Origin: Nemertoderma westbladi | Lineage: Eukaryota > Animalia > Xenacoelomorpha | Assembly (NCBI GenBank): GCA_032718475.1 | Contig: JAUCBJ010007520.1 | Span: forward strand, 1-64,000 | DNA length: 64,000 bases | Reading direction: 5' to 3' | Shown: positions 37,485 through 50,900 of the stretch, piece by piece | How positions within the stretch are numbered: the first letter of the stretch is position 1 | Layout of the letters: each line of letters begins with the position of its first letter | Program-made: the position numbers and the translations under genes | Notes under the pieces: model-generated | Seen by the model: the letters and a program-made list of their open reading frames with translations, nothing else | The model's database searches: none | Told to the model about the DNA's origin: nothing

Positions 37485-40400
37485 CATGAATTCCATGAGA
37501 AAACGGACATGGCATGTCAATTATTAAACCCCCCAATGTCTATTTTCAAATATGGGAGCTCTCAACTAATGTCCTGAAGTACTTAAAACAAGAAGAGTTT
37601 CGCCATGCCGACAATATGGCGCCGCTCGGCGCCTGTTTGAATACAAGCATATACTTACGGAAAATTTTTGTACATTTGCGTGTGATTTTAGCCATTATTT
37701 GAAGGTAGGTAAACAGAGAATGCCACATTTTCCCACAGATTTTGAAACCAATAATTGTAAGCTATTATAAGAGGCTGTGGTTGATTAAATATCAGCCACG
37801 CTTATGGTGTTCTGTGCTCACAGGGATCAAAAAACCAAAGTATAAAAACGCAATTGCGAATTCTGAAATTCCGTAACGAAAAACATTACGAAAAACTTAC
37901 CTGTAGATGGATATTGGACATTGTGGGTTAAAAACAAGATTCCTCTTTCGGTTCATCAGTGTCAACCAGCCAGATGTTGTTCCGTAAATTATGATGCATG
38001 TAAAGCTGAGAAAAAGCCATTACGGAATTTCAAAATATCGTTACGGAATTTCAAAATATCGTTACGGAATTTCGTTTTTGAAATTCCGTAACGAAATATC
38101 CTGTAGGCCTACGTCTGGTATCGCCCAACTACAGTATCACAATTACTTTCGGTTTCTGTAGTCCACACATGGTGTAGGCTACCTAATTAGGCAGTCGCTG
38201 CTGTACTTACAAAGTTCATTTACCGGTAGTAAAATGGCAAAAACGAACGCTCAAAGGCAGCGTGAGTACAGGGAACGTAGAATCGAGAAAGATAAAGTGG
38301 GTTTCTTGAAACAAGAGAGTGAAAGGAAGGCAGCTAAACGAAAGTCGTTATCTCCACGTAGTCTAGACAAGTTGCGCAGGAGACAGAATACGAGTCTGCT
38401 GAAATGCCGCCGAAATAAGCTGACTGTATCTGCATCGACAGCGAAATCAGGCCATGCAGCTGGATATTCTACGTGCCAATCGCTAGGCAAAGCAGTTGCA
38501 CGAGTGAAACGCACTTTACCAAACAGCCCGCGGAAAAGAAAGGCCGTGATACGGAAGTTATCTCTGGACCAATCGTTGGTGAATGAACGGCCAGTAGTTG
38601 AAATTCATCGCCAACGTTTAAGTGACGAGGTCATCACCAAGGTTAAGCAGCATTACTTGTCGGATGAAATATCTCGACAGGCACCAGGCAAGGCAGATCA
38701 GATGTCTGTTTACGAAGATCGTGTAAAGGTTCATAAACAAAAGCGACATATGGTAATGACGCTGCGAGAGGCATATGAAGTCTATATTGAACAGCCAAAT
38801 GCTAAGGACGACATTGGGTTTTCCAAATTTTGCATGTTGCGTCCAGCACATGTCCTGCTGTCATCGCAGTTGCCGCGCAATGTATGCACATGCATTTATC
38901 ACCAGAACATCATCCGTTTAATGCAGGCACTGCATCGAGATATGCCAGATCAGTTTCCGTTGTATGGAGATGAATTTATCACTAAATGTGTTTGTGACGT
39001 GACCAATAATAAGTGCATGCATGGTCTGTGTGATATTTGCACTAATAAATTTGCTGCCTGCTACATTGATGATCTATCGCCAGCGACTACCAGTAAACCT
39101 TTCGTCTGGTGGGAATGGAAGAAAACCCTCCACGAGAACGGGATTGCAACGGCAATGCGACTGAGTCAGCGGCGAGGGACTGTTGCAGATGGAATAGAGA
39201 CCCTTGAAGCGATGTTACCGAAGTTTTTGGCTCATCATTTCATCAAGCGGAACCAGAGTGACTATTATGAAACAACTAAGGGCGAATCATCGGAAGATGC
39301 ATTAATGCAACTCGACTTTGCTGAGAATTTCACCTGTAAATATCAGGATGAGGTGCAATCGGCTCACTGGAATGCACAACAGGTAGGCATATTTACAAGC
39401 GTTGTGTTTGCAAAGGGAACTGCTCACAATACGGTTGTAGTATCTGACTCACGTGAACACGAAAAGAAGACTGTGTCTGCGTGTGTTGTGAAGATCTTGG
39501 AACATTTAACGTTAGATGGACTTAAGACGTTGCACATATGGAGCGATGGACCTAGTTCACAGTTTAAGAATAAGTATATAATGTCGCTTGTCGGATGTGT
39601 GTTACCACACCTGTTTCCTACGCTCACTATTACATGGGATTAGTTTGCAACATCGCATGGGAAGGGGCCCTGTGATGCAGTTGGAGGTAGAGCAAAGGGA
39701 ATGGTTCAGCGCGTGATTAACTCTCGGCGAATGATTGTCCAAGATGTTGAGTCATTTGCCACTGCTCTGCGCAGTGTTGACAAGAACACCAATGTGATTG
39801 TAATCACAGAGGCAGAGATTGCTGATTGGTGTTCGGAAAACACAGCTGAGTTGTGGCAGCGAGTCGAGGCAGTTCCCAATTGTCTCTCAATCCATCATGT
39901 TGAACCGCTTTTAAACAATGAAGCGATTAGCATCCGCCGCTATGGCAATGATACTACCACCAAGATCCACAGTTTCAGTAACATTCTTCCAAATGCAAAG
40001 GGACCCACCATACTCCACCCTGAAGAATCTGCCACAACTGTGGGGCTTAGTGAATTCAAAGAGGGCGATTATGTTGTCGTCAAGCACGGCGATTACAAAC
40101 CAGGTAAAATCGTCCAGATCTTAGGGTAATCTGCCAACGTCCTTGCAATGCAAAAGAGCGTTGGATATAGCTGGAAGTGGCCCGATACTGCAACAAGTAT
40201 ATCCTGTAAACGGGGAGATATCGTCGTCGCCATTAAGGAACCAGCTGCTGTTAATAGTCGGGGAATGTATCGAATCCCTGAACTGGACTACTACTATACT
40301 ATGGCTTCTAGTTTTCTAGTAAATTAACTCGGTTCTACTGTTGGCCTACTGTATAATGTTGACTATAATATATCTGTCTGTCTCTATTTTGGATTTTCAC

Positions 40401-40891
40401 CTTTTGTAGTAAATGAATTCAGTTCAACTACATATTGACTATTTTCCCCATGTCTCACTGACTATACTTTCCAGAAGAAATTCCGTAACGTTCAGCTTTG
40501 AAATTCCGTAACGACAAGAAAATTTAGATTTGATAACCTAAATGAATTTCGTTGTGTAGTTTGTTGTGGATCTAATACATGCCACTTCACAGCTAACCCA
40601 CCCAAAGCTCATTAATTCAGAACAACCTCATAATTCGCAGAAATGTTTATCACAAAATTTTCAAAAATATGCTTGTCTTTTTCATGAAATTCCGTAACGA
40701 TGTTTAGACGCGACATGCTGCATGATTCACCAGTCTAAGAATTTAAAATTAACATTCAACAGTGTTGGCCATATGTCGCACTACGTTTACGTCATAATAG
40801 CTTGCATTGGCAATTGCAAACCAAGCTGCTATTTTGACCCAAAGTTTAGAAAACACGTGCGATTTGAAATTCCGTAACGATGGAATTCATG
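37485..40891 (+). mobile_element. Sola2-like DNA transposon
   Basis: 12-bp perfect TIR CATGAATTCCAT, 4-bp TSD AGTA (37481-37484, 40892-40895), and many subterminal aaattccgtaacg motifs in both orientations. Confidence 0.85.
38234..40311 (+). pseudogene. Sola2-like DDD transposase with two in-frame stops (39641 TAG, 40127 TAA)
   Basis: CTCIYHQN, DFAENF..QDEVQSAHW, WSDGPSSQFKN, then FATSHGKGPCDAVGG read through the TAG and WKWP after the TAA. Family assigned from remembered motifs. Confidence 0.75.
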
Positions 40892-42868
40892 AGTAGTGAA
40901 AACCGTTTTTAAAAATATTGGGTACTTTTCGAGTTATTTTATTTATTTTTTAACCCTACTTTTGGCACTTTTTTTGAGACGTTTTTTGAAAATTACATTT
41001 CATTAAATATGAATTGTAACATCTCTATTTTTGATTTACACCGGTTTTTTGGTGTTAGAAATTTGATGGAATTCATATAAATTGATTTAGAAATTTCAAA
41101 CTTGTTTTTTTCGGTGGGTGCCAAATTTTGGTGCCAGCACCAAATTTTGAAATAAGCCAATTTTGTAAATTGATCGTTTGAAACTTGTTTTCACGCAATT
41201 GGGGTTTTTTGGGTTTCTGGATTCGATGAAATATATACGAGTTGCACCAAGCGTATCAAACTTGTATTTTTCGGTGCTGTGTGCAAATTTTGGTGCTAGC
41301 ACGAAATTTTGAAAATCCATTCAATAGATAATAAAATTGCTTGTGACAATTTATTTCTTGCGTTTTAGAGGTTTATGGCTGTTCTGAATTCAATGTAAAA
41401 TATAATTATCGAACTAGACATCTCAAACTTGTATTTTTCGGATGTGGGTGCAAAATGTGGTGCTAGCACCAAATTTTGAAAACCATCAAATATATCAATT
41501 GATTGTGTCACCTTGTTTCTTGCGTTATACGGGTTTGTGATGGTTCTGAATTCAATGGAATCAATAAAAATTTCATAAGAGTTCTCAAACTTGTATTTTT
41601 CGCCGGTGGGTGAAAATTGTTGTGCCAGCACCAAATTTTGGAAAATATGCAAATTGATAAGTAGATAGTATCACCTTTTTTCTTGCGTTATACGGGTTTA
41701 TGAGGGTCCTGAATCCGATGGAATCAATAAAAACAGCACTGGACATCGCAAACTTGTACTTTTTGGTGATGGGTACGAAATTTGGTGCTAGCACCAAAAT
41801 TTGCCAAATTACGCCGAAAAATACAAGTAGCAATGATCTGGCATATTAGAAATGTATTCCATTAGAATCAGCGCCCTCGAAAACCTGAAAATGTGAATTT
41901 ATAGCATCGTATAAGTGAATTAAAAATTTTGTGTTCTAACTGAAAAGTGCTGGTTACTTGTTTTTTTCATTTTTTTCCTACGCAGAGAGGACTAAACAGC
42001 CATTATTAGTAATCATATCATTTTTTAATATTTTCCAATGTATTTTGCACCCCAGAAAACCTGTATTGAAAAATAATTAGCAGAAAATGTAACTTTCAAA
42101 TTTGGTGAAAATTGTGCACTACTTGTAATTTTGGTGCTGCAATACAACCACCCCAGTACATTTTTTCGAAAATTTTTTTTTTCGGTCGGATCCAGACAAG
42201 TGATACCTACGTACAAACAAAAAATCAGACGTTTTCGTAAATATTTGTAGATTTTAGAGGGGGGGGGGGGGGGGGGGGGGTCAATATGACCCCCTCTGGT
42301 ATTTGTACAACATTTTATAGCCCGGTACTAATAGGGTTAAGGGGGGTGGCATATAACTAGGGTAAGTAAATCCTAATTATAACGAGAGGGAAACTAACAG
42401 ATAATGGGGTATGGTGCGCAAGACAGTGCATGTTAGAAAATAATGAAGATGTGAAACCAAACCAAATACTGGTACCTATGAGTAGCCCATTAGTACAGAT
42501 TGAAATGAAATGGTGGTATGTTATGGATTATAATGATTTTCTAAATTAAGCCTGAAAGCTTAATTTAATTTTTGGAGAAATAATTCTGATTTGAGTGGAT
42601 AGAAGGATAATGGGGTGATAGGTGGGTTCCATATAACCAACTAAGGGATGAGGGTTATGGAATGAAAAGAAAATTAGTATTTTGATTAGTATTAGCATTA
42701 AATTTCTAAACGAATGTACGTTTACAAAATGTATATATCATATATATATAGGCCTAGATAAGCATAAAATACATAAAGAACCTCAGTAATACCAGATTAC
42801 CTTAGTTAAATCGTCCATTGCTATGCGATATCACAATAGAGAGACCTAGTATGGTACCAAAATCAGAT

Positions 42869-43453
42869 TCACTCGTCGGGCAGATTTTCGAACCTGTTAC
42901 TAGCCGCTATGCGTTTGGAACCAGAAGTAGTTTTAGAAAAGCAGAGCGTCACATCACTCACATCGGAAGAAGGGTTCGACAACGAAAGTCGAAGCTCGTT
43001 CAAATCGGTTTGGTCGTTGATTGGCTCCGGAAGGCCACCCTTAACTCTACGAATAAAGATATCTCCGTTAAATGTGTAGGCACCGGCGAAATTGTATTTC
43101 TTCTTGAGCCTGGTGGCTTCCCGCAACAATGCGGCTCTCATTGGCGTTAGGTAGTCGTTGACATAGACATTTTTAGGTAGATTTTTCCGATTGGCAAATA
43201 GGACATAGCGCGACGAATGGGCGATAAAGCGGATAATCACTGGACGACGTTTATCAGGTTTGAAAGTGCCAAGTCGATGAAATACGTCAACTTTCTCGAG
43301 GTTGACTCCAAGGTTATGGAGGAGCGTGGATACCTGGTTTCTGTCGTCGGACTTGTCCGGTAGTTCCTCGAAACCGTATAACCGAACATTGTTACGGCGA
43401 GCATGCTGCTCGCGTTGGTCACACTCTCGGCGTAGAGAGTTAACCTCCTCCTT
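42869..43453 (-). CDS. LINE ORF1 (coiled coil + RRM + CTD type), 5'-truncated
   Basis: EQHARRNNVRLYG, HRLG, RPVIIRF, VYVNDYLT and NGDIFIR motifs. The first ~30 aa of the tracked ORF are satellite. Confidence 0.8.
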   Translation of the reverse strand, partial: KEEVNSLRRECDQREQHARRNNVRLYGFEELPDKSDDRNQVSTLLHNLGVNLEKVDVFHRLGTFKPDKRRPVIIRFIAHSSRYVLFANRKNLPKNVYVNDYLTPMRAALLREATRLKKKYNFAGAYTFNGDIFIRRVKGGLPEPINDQTDLNELRLSLSNPSSDVSDVTLCFSKTTSGSKRIAASNRFENLPDE

Positions 43454-44497
43454 AATGAAATGAACCACAATGTGGGTAGTTCTTATGAAACAAAGCACAA
43501 TGTGGATAGACCTACAGGAATAAACCACACTGTGGGAAGGCATACTGGAACCTTTTAGCGCATTTGATCAAGAAGCAGTTTACCCACAATTAAATTAGGT
43601 TTAATTCTCAAATTCTTTATTGTGTAAGTCATGTAAGTAATTTGTTTACCCAGAGTCCACACTCAAAAGAAATGGGTTATTTGATTTAATCACTTGGGCC
43701 ACATCTGTTATACTGTACTTGGGTCGGGATGATTTATTAAAATTTGTGGGAAAATATTGAGAGTCAGAGAAGTGATATTTTGGGTTCTAAAACGTCACTT
43801 TAAAAATCAGTCCTGCGATTTTTATGGGACTCGGTGTGGGCTCTGATGTTTGATTTTGGGGGTAATTGAGGAAGATGGTGGAGTTCCGCTCATTCTAAAC
43901 GTCTTCCGCATTTAGAGATTCTAGATTTATCTAAGGATTCTTGTTCAATCTGTTCATCGCCGTCGCCAGCGCGTCTCTTCCTGAGAATCTGACTATTTTT
44001 TTCTTGAATACTAATCGCATTCTATAATTCTTCCTGTTGTTTTTTAGTTTGCAGAATTTTCAATTGAGCTGCCTGTGTGGCTGTTAAGAGTAACCGTTCC
44101 TTTTGTTTTTGTTCCCACAATAAAAGTTATTGTTCTCATTCTCGGTCTTGCTCCCTTTCTTTGTTCTCGTTCACGTACAAGAATTATTCTTTTTCTTTTT
44201 CCTGTTTTTGTATTTATTTTTCCTGCTCCGATTGCAAATGATATTGTTCTTCCTGAAGTTTCAATTCGCTTAGTTTATCCTTCTTTTCAGAATCAATTTA
44301 TTAATTGATATTAAATAAAACGATAATAACTTTAACTAAAAATATTAAACATCAATCAGCTGTTTTCATTTCTGCAGTACTTCTCATTTCCTGTTCTCAA
44401 TATTACAATTTTGGAATAAAACTATATTAATACGTGTGTTGTTTAAGTAATTTATATCATTAATAATTAATAAGCATTAATGTGACTTTTCAGTTTC

Positions 44498-45712
44498 TGT
44501 AAAAGCTTTTGCTGAATTGTCCGGTTATTTTTCCTTATTTTTCCCGTAAAATACTCTGTAGTTGGTTTACCAGGCATAAAAAGGCCGTGTCCTTGCTGTA
44601 CTGGTGTTTTAGCGGACATAAAAGCTATTTCTTCTGTATTTGTACTTTAGAGGACATAATCCGTAATTCCGTGACGTAAAAGCTCGATACTCTTGAAAAC
44701 AGTGTCGCTACCATGACGACGGCTAGCAGCTGATATTGCCACGTCGACGTTTCTTTGTTTCTCTGTTCTCTCGTTGTTCAGGTTGACCAATCAGAGCGTT
44801 TGTTATCTCTGTGTTGGAGGTATATACAGAAACTCAGTAGTTCAGTGTTATGTTTTTCCCCAGAGCCTAAGAACCGGCTTTGGCACCTCCGTGTTTCAGT
44901 TTTTAGTCTTACACTAGTAGGTTTAATTATAAAGGGCATATATCCTTTAACTGACCTGACTCATGGAATCACTGCTAACTGATCATACATACTGACTGCT
45001 GAAACATTGCAAACTCATAACAATCAGTGTTTTCATTGTTGTTTTATACTGCTATTTACCGTCAGTTCTTCATAATATGGTTGATGAATTATTATATTTG
45101 GAATAACGATAAATAACCCCGAAACCCAATATTCTTGATATACCGAAGGTAAGAGAGAAGGGTTACAGATAAACGATTGTGACTTATGTTAAAGTGGTTT
45201 GAAGTGAATCTAATGTTATTTGATAGACCCTACATGAGTCAGTCTGTGTTCCTTTTATATGTGACTAAAATCAGTGAAGATTGGCATATTAGTGTGCAGT
45301 ATTGTGCAGCATTGTGTATGAGTGAGTCTGTTAAAGAAGCAATTCCTAAAGAATGCGCCATATATGTGAATTATAATTAAGCCATATCGTTGTGAGTAGT
45401 TTAAGTCATAACTCTGTTTATACAGATAAAGCGCCACGTCCTAAAGGAACTGTTAATATTACCGAAGGTGAATAATATTGTCAGAGATTATATAGTACTG
45501 TCAGTCGAATAATACATTAGGCTTACATAGCAATAAAATTAAACCGTCGAACCCAATCTCCCGGGAATATCCAGCGGGTGAATGATGGCGCACAGATTGG
45601 TTTCGACTAGTGTAGTGAATCAAATACTTGTCATAGACTAAAAACCGATTTAATATCTAGAAGACATCTTAATTTGGTGGGTTAAACTGCCAAAGGTCTG
45701 AAAGCGCGAACA
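44498..45712 (+). repeat. 5' LTR
   Basis: tgtaaaagcttttgctg...aaagcgcgaaca, near-identical to 54163-55377; I found two substitutions by eye. Confidence 0.95.
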
Positions 45713-46007
45713 TTAAAGGATATAGCTTCTTTGTTGCAGTAAGCAATAAAGTTGAAAGTACCGGTCAACCGGTAAACCTGAACCGGTACACTCTGTAGGT
45801 CAGTAGGCCTAACTGTTCTAACCGGTACTTCAGTATAAGTACACTAGTATTATTCGATTTGATTGTTGTATACCGATAGGCTGTTTAGGGGATTAGGGAT
45901 TGATCACCCCTTATACCTTTATATGGTTTACTTATTTCTGTCAAGTTTTATTTATTTGTAGGCCAGTATTGAACAGAAGGCGTGTAAGCCTGATCAGATT
46001 GTACAGA

Positions 46008-46580
46008 CAATTTGTAGGCTGAGCTGTTGTCTGATTGCTGTTAAGTCCGAACGAATTGCAGTGTGTGTAGATCACCTGTCCGATTAAGTACGATTAGGCA
46101 GTAGGGGCAGCGAACGCTGTAAGGTAATCCCCCAACTAAAGAATAAGTCGCACTACTGGGTTAGAGCGCATACTCCCTAATCATTTCGGAGTCTGCATGT
46201 CCTGTGGTTTATTTAGGCTTGAGAGTGGTCTGCCATCGTTTAGTCTGTACTTTGTTTGTGTAAGTCTGTACGGGTAGCGTATAATTTTATTTAGATAATT
46301 TGTAGGCTGGATAGTTGTCTGGCTGTTATTAGGTCTGAACGGATTGCCGCGTGTGTAGATCATCTGTCCGATTAAGTACGATTAGGCAGTAGGGGCAGCG
46401 AACGCTGTAAGGTAATCCCCCAACTAAAGAATAAGTCGCACTACTGGGTTAGAGCGCATACTCCCTAATCATTTCGGAGTCTGCATATACCGTAGTTTGT
46501 TTAGGCTTGATGGTAGTCTGTCAGTGTTCGGTCTGTATTTTGTTTGAGTAGTTTGTACGCGTAGCGTAATATTTATTATT
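46008..46580 (+). repeat. ~288-bp tandem duplication in the LTR element leader
   Basis: The core ctgtccgattaagtacgattaggcagtaggggcagcg...ggagtctgcat is identical in both copies, with more diverged edges. Confidence 0.9.
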
Positions 46581-47900
46581 CGGAGTTTATGCGATTAGTC
46601 GCAACATTCAAGTCCCCAAGTTTGTTCCTACAGTAATTGTGTTTGTTATACATACCGCTATAGTTAAATTAACCCCGGTACTACACGGGCTGCTCGGCGT
46701 AGGTAAAGACTGGTGATTTTGTGCATCGGTCACTCCAGCAGATGCCGTGGTTCTTTTAGCTGTTCAAGTATATTTAACTACTGATTGTCTGTTATATAAG
46801 TACTCGTACCTAATTTAGGGTTTAGTGTACAGTACTTTCCGAAGTAATTATTGTAGACATTATATTTGTGTTGTAAAGTGGTTGATAGGCACATTCGATT
46901 AGCTCTATTAACTTCTAGGGAGGAACACTCCGTGATACATAACGTAGAACCTATAGCGATACGGCTATAGGTCGTCAGGCGGTGGTATTTTCCTATCTGG
47001 ACAACGCAGTGTATTTACTACTACTTATTATTTCAAATACCGTAGTACCCTGTCCGTTGTAATAACCGGTTTTCTAACCCTTTGTTAGGCTGGTTTGTAG
47101 ACTTCTTGTAAAATTACCCTAAAAATTCGTATTTTGTGTTTTTTGTAAATTTTTGTGTTTATTTAGAGATTGTAATCTCAACCCGAATTGTACGTAATTT
47201 GTAGTATAAGTAACTTAGGTAAATTAGTATTATTTGTTTTAGTGTCTCATAAGTAACACTTCACTGAAAGCGCACCGCTTTGTGTAGTGATTACTCCCCA
47301 GAAATAATAACATTTATTTCAAACATTGACAAAACCCATTAAAACGGGTATATATATATTATAAATCAAATCTAAAGATTTATAAATAGTAGGCCTACCA
47401 TACAACCATTAGGTCTTAATATCAGTTGGATTACTGCTTAAATAACGGTAATAAAGTAAGTTAAAGTAACCAAGTAACCCTAAAGTAACAGAAATTCAAT
47501 TATTTGAAACAATTGATATACCGGTATTTACGATAGGCCTATTATCTTTATTTCTATAAATCTAGGCTGAAATTATACCGGTACTTGTAATTAATTCTAT
47601 TTCAGAATTATATATACTATAAACTGTAAGCTGTATACCGGTATTCCGATAGGCCTATTATATATTTATATATATTTTGTGCTAAAATTATACCGGTATT
47701 CGGAGATAAACCTAGTCTGTAATAATACTTATATAGTTATATATACTATAAGTATACCGGTATTCTAATATATTATATATATATCACGCTACACTGAGTA
47801 GCAGTAACGGTAATTAATTACTAGGCTAGCAGTTAATACTGAGTTACTAGACTTGCTCAGACTGTAATACAGCAGTAGACATTCAACTGTACACACAAAC

Positions 47901-50900
47901 ATGTCTGACGCAAAGCAGAACCTGTCAGACAGTCTACTAGATACAATGGATATCCTGCTCGGGCAGATGCAGGAGACTGTCCTGCAATTCAAGGGCACAG
48001 TAAGGGAAAGTAGGCTGGAGTTGCAAGAAGTGCAGCAAAGTATCGCGCTTGAACGCGATAAATTAGTAAATACCCAAAAGGGTATACCACCACCCTCTGT
48101 AACAATGTGTCAACCTGTTAGGTCTGAAGTATCTCATGCGCAAGGTGTGGAGCCTACACGCATCTATACTGCTAGCGAAGTAGAAACTCCTATAGTGAAC
48201 CCTATTAAGGGTAATTATAGACCTGTTGATAATGATATTCCATATAGAACTGATCATAATCCGAGAAATTTATATGCCGATAACTCGATATTAAATAGCA
48301 CGATGGCCCAAGAAAGTTTTACGCGTCAAATGGCTAGAACCGAAGCCCGGCAAGCGGTAAAGGTGGGAGAGATCGTTAAGTTCAATGGAGATGAGATGAA
48401 ATGGTTACCTTTTAATGAATATTACAAAGATAACATACAGAACTCCGTACTATCTAATGGAGAAAAACTTAGATACCTCATCGAGTGCTTGGAAGGATCT
48501 CCCAAGTCAATGGCGTTAAAATTTATTGGACATCCAGATGGATTAAGACAAGTTTGGGATACACTAAACATCAGGTATGGTAATAGGAATGACATAGCTG
48601 GGTATTTGTATGCAAAATTAATGGCGCCCCGAAAGTTTCTTAGCAGCGGGATTATAGAGTTTTCCGATGAGATTCAGGAGATCTGTAGACAATTAGATTG
48701 GCTAGGTAAGTCTCATGAATACCAGAATTCTATGGTTGTAAGAGCCTTAGCATCTGCTTTGCCCAAGGGTGGAGTAGGTACACGCTGGGATAAGAAGGTG
48801 TTATATATGATGGAACAACAACGACGAGACCCTACCATGACTGATCTCATGTCATTCTTAGATAGAGAAGTGAAATTACAGCTCCTAAGGCAGTCCAGAG
48901 AGAAGACATTGGAAAACAAGGTAAGTGAGAAACCCGTTTCTAGGAGAAGGGTAACACCAGTATGTTATACCGACGACGGTGAAAGCCAAACCTCTCAAGG
49001 AGAGGACAGCGGGAAAGACACTGACAGACCTTATTATGTCAATAAAATGCCTAAAGAACAGGTAAGTAAATCCAAGTCTCGACCCAATGACAGAAGGGAA
49101 CCGATACAAAAAACCCCTCCTACGTCTCCTAAAGGAATTCAGGTGAGAAAGCCCGAGGAAATAACAAGTGTGCACCACATAGCACAGGTTAAAGTAAGTA
49201 ACATCAAGCCGAAATGTGTGCTGTGCGACGGGCCCCACCGTTTAAATGCGTGTGATAAATTCCTGAGGAAATCACTCGAGGATAGACGTGAAGTCATGTG
49301 GGATAAGCGGTTGTGTTATAATTGCCTCAGACGAGGACACCAACGGCGAACCTGTAACTCCGATGCAAGGTGTGCAAAGTGCGGCGCAAAACATCATATC
49401 TTGTTGCACACGGAATTCGAACGAAACAGCCCGAGTCAGGTAAGTGAGTCCGAACTACATGTCCAATTCAGTGATGTGAACGACACTGATCAATCTGAGA
49501 TGGAAGGATTCTATACGGACGAGTTCTCCGACCAAAACGAATCCTGTTACCTAATAAACACCACCGCAGTGTATCGAGCACTTGTGTATGAGAAAGACAC
49601 AGACAGCGACCTTACCTTAACTACTTCCGATCAACAACCATCTTGGAAAGCGCCAACTTCCAATATAGGAATCCGAGAATTTCCTGTAGTCCAGTTACGG
49701 GTCCACGGACCTCAGAAGAGCTATATAGTGAACGCCCTCCTGGACTCCGGTAGCACAGGAACATTCATCGATAGGGAACTAGCCGAAGTCATCTTTGCTG
49801 GACAACCCAAGTTCCGAACCAAGCTAAACCTGTCAGGGATCATGCAGGTTTGGAATTCTACTGTAGCTGCCGACTATTATATAGGTGAGTTGTCCACCCC
49901 CCAGGACGAACTAGGAGAACATAGCATAAGGTCAGTGAAAATGGTGGCTATAAAGAACTTCGCTACTACTCAAGCAGACCTTTATAATTGGGACGAGGAT
50001 GAGAGCATCCGACATCTTAACATACCTCGATTCCAGACAGATTATCCTGGAGTGCAAATACTCATCGGCCAAAACGCGCATGAGGCGCTGGAGACATTAG
50101 AGAAACGGCCTGCTCAACCGCAGCCCCTACAGACCTATGCGGTAAGAACTAGAGTAGGTTGGTACCTTGCTGGACCTTCCCGTAGAACGCTCAGGGAAAG
50201 ACTGCTTCAAGATCGCGTCTGCCAGGTGAGTGAATGGGAAGATGATACTAGTGAGGGAGACGACCCAACTGAGGGAACACCACACTCCTCAGATAATGAC
50301 AATCTTAGCTCCAATGTAGATCAATGGAGATATTGCCCCAAGAAGTTTAATCCAACAGACATCGCTTCCAGAGGAGCAACTCCTCAAGAACTGACAGATA
50401 CTACAGACCGGTTAGGTGAACCCGACTTCCTGAGTAAGGAGAATGAATGGCCTCCCCATCTTACTCCGACTGAGATTAGACCAGCCAAGGGAGCGGAGAA
50501 AGTCGAACCTGAAACCCGGACGGGTGGATCGGAGTTATTTGAACCCGGGATAGATCTGTCGGTATTACATGTTGCCAGGGACGACGCCGTGGATCTGGGC
50601 CTCCCCTCCGCGAGTGGATCCTTCATGAAGATCAGAGAGAGCGATTGGAGCTCTGGAACATCAGACGTCTCGCAGGGACTCTCACCTCTCCTGCAGAGAG
50701 CGACGGACCACTATAGCTCCTGGAATCGGCTTTGTGACGCCGTCATATACTTTGAGCAATGTTTCTATCGTCACTATTCCAGGACGAAGAGGAAACCTGG
50801 AATTGTATTCAGGATGCAGCGACTCAATCACCCAGTCGGTCGTTTGTGTTTATCGGAAGGGAATGGAGGACTCTCCGGAAACTGTGGAAGGCAAGATTCT

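Larger units (their letters stand above)
37352..42336. mobile_element. piggyBac-type MITE (~1.6 kb without the nested Sola2-like element)
   Basis: TTAA|CCCTATTA ... TAATAGGG|TTAA; subterminal gtcaatatgacccc at both ends; ~163-bp x5 internal tandem repeat at 41095-41810. Confidence 0.88.
35758..43453 (-). mobile_element. L2/CR1 (Crack-like) LINE, internally deleted, hosting nested insertions
   Basis: ORF1 at 43453-42869; ORF2 N-terminus (YCIYC..LFPF, HLNSRSL, FTETFL, GGTAIYV) at ~37273-36690, joined to the post-RT region (ILRTLYFALVHPHILYGITLWG); 3' UTR stem-loop at ~35915-35955 and AATAAA near 35790. Confidence 0.85.

Noticed and set aside
43560-44300. Possible decayed Penelope- or LINE-like coding remnant on the minus strand
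   Set aside because: Too many stops; no motif I can identify with confidence.
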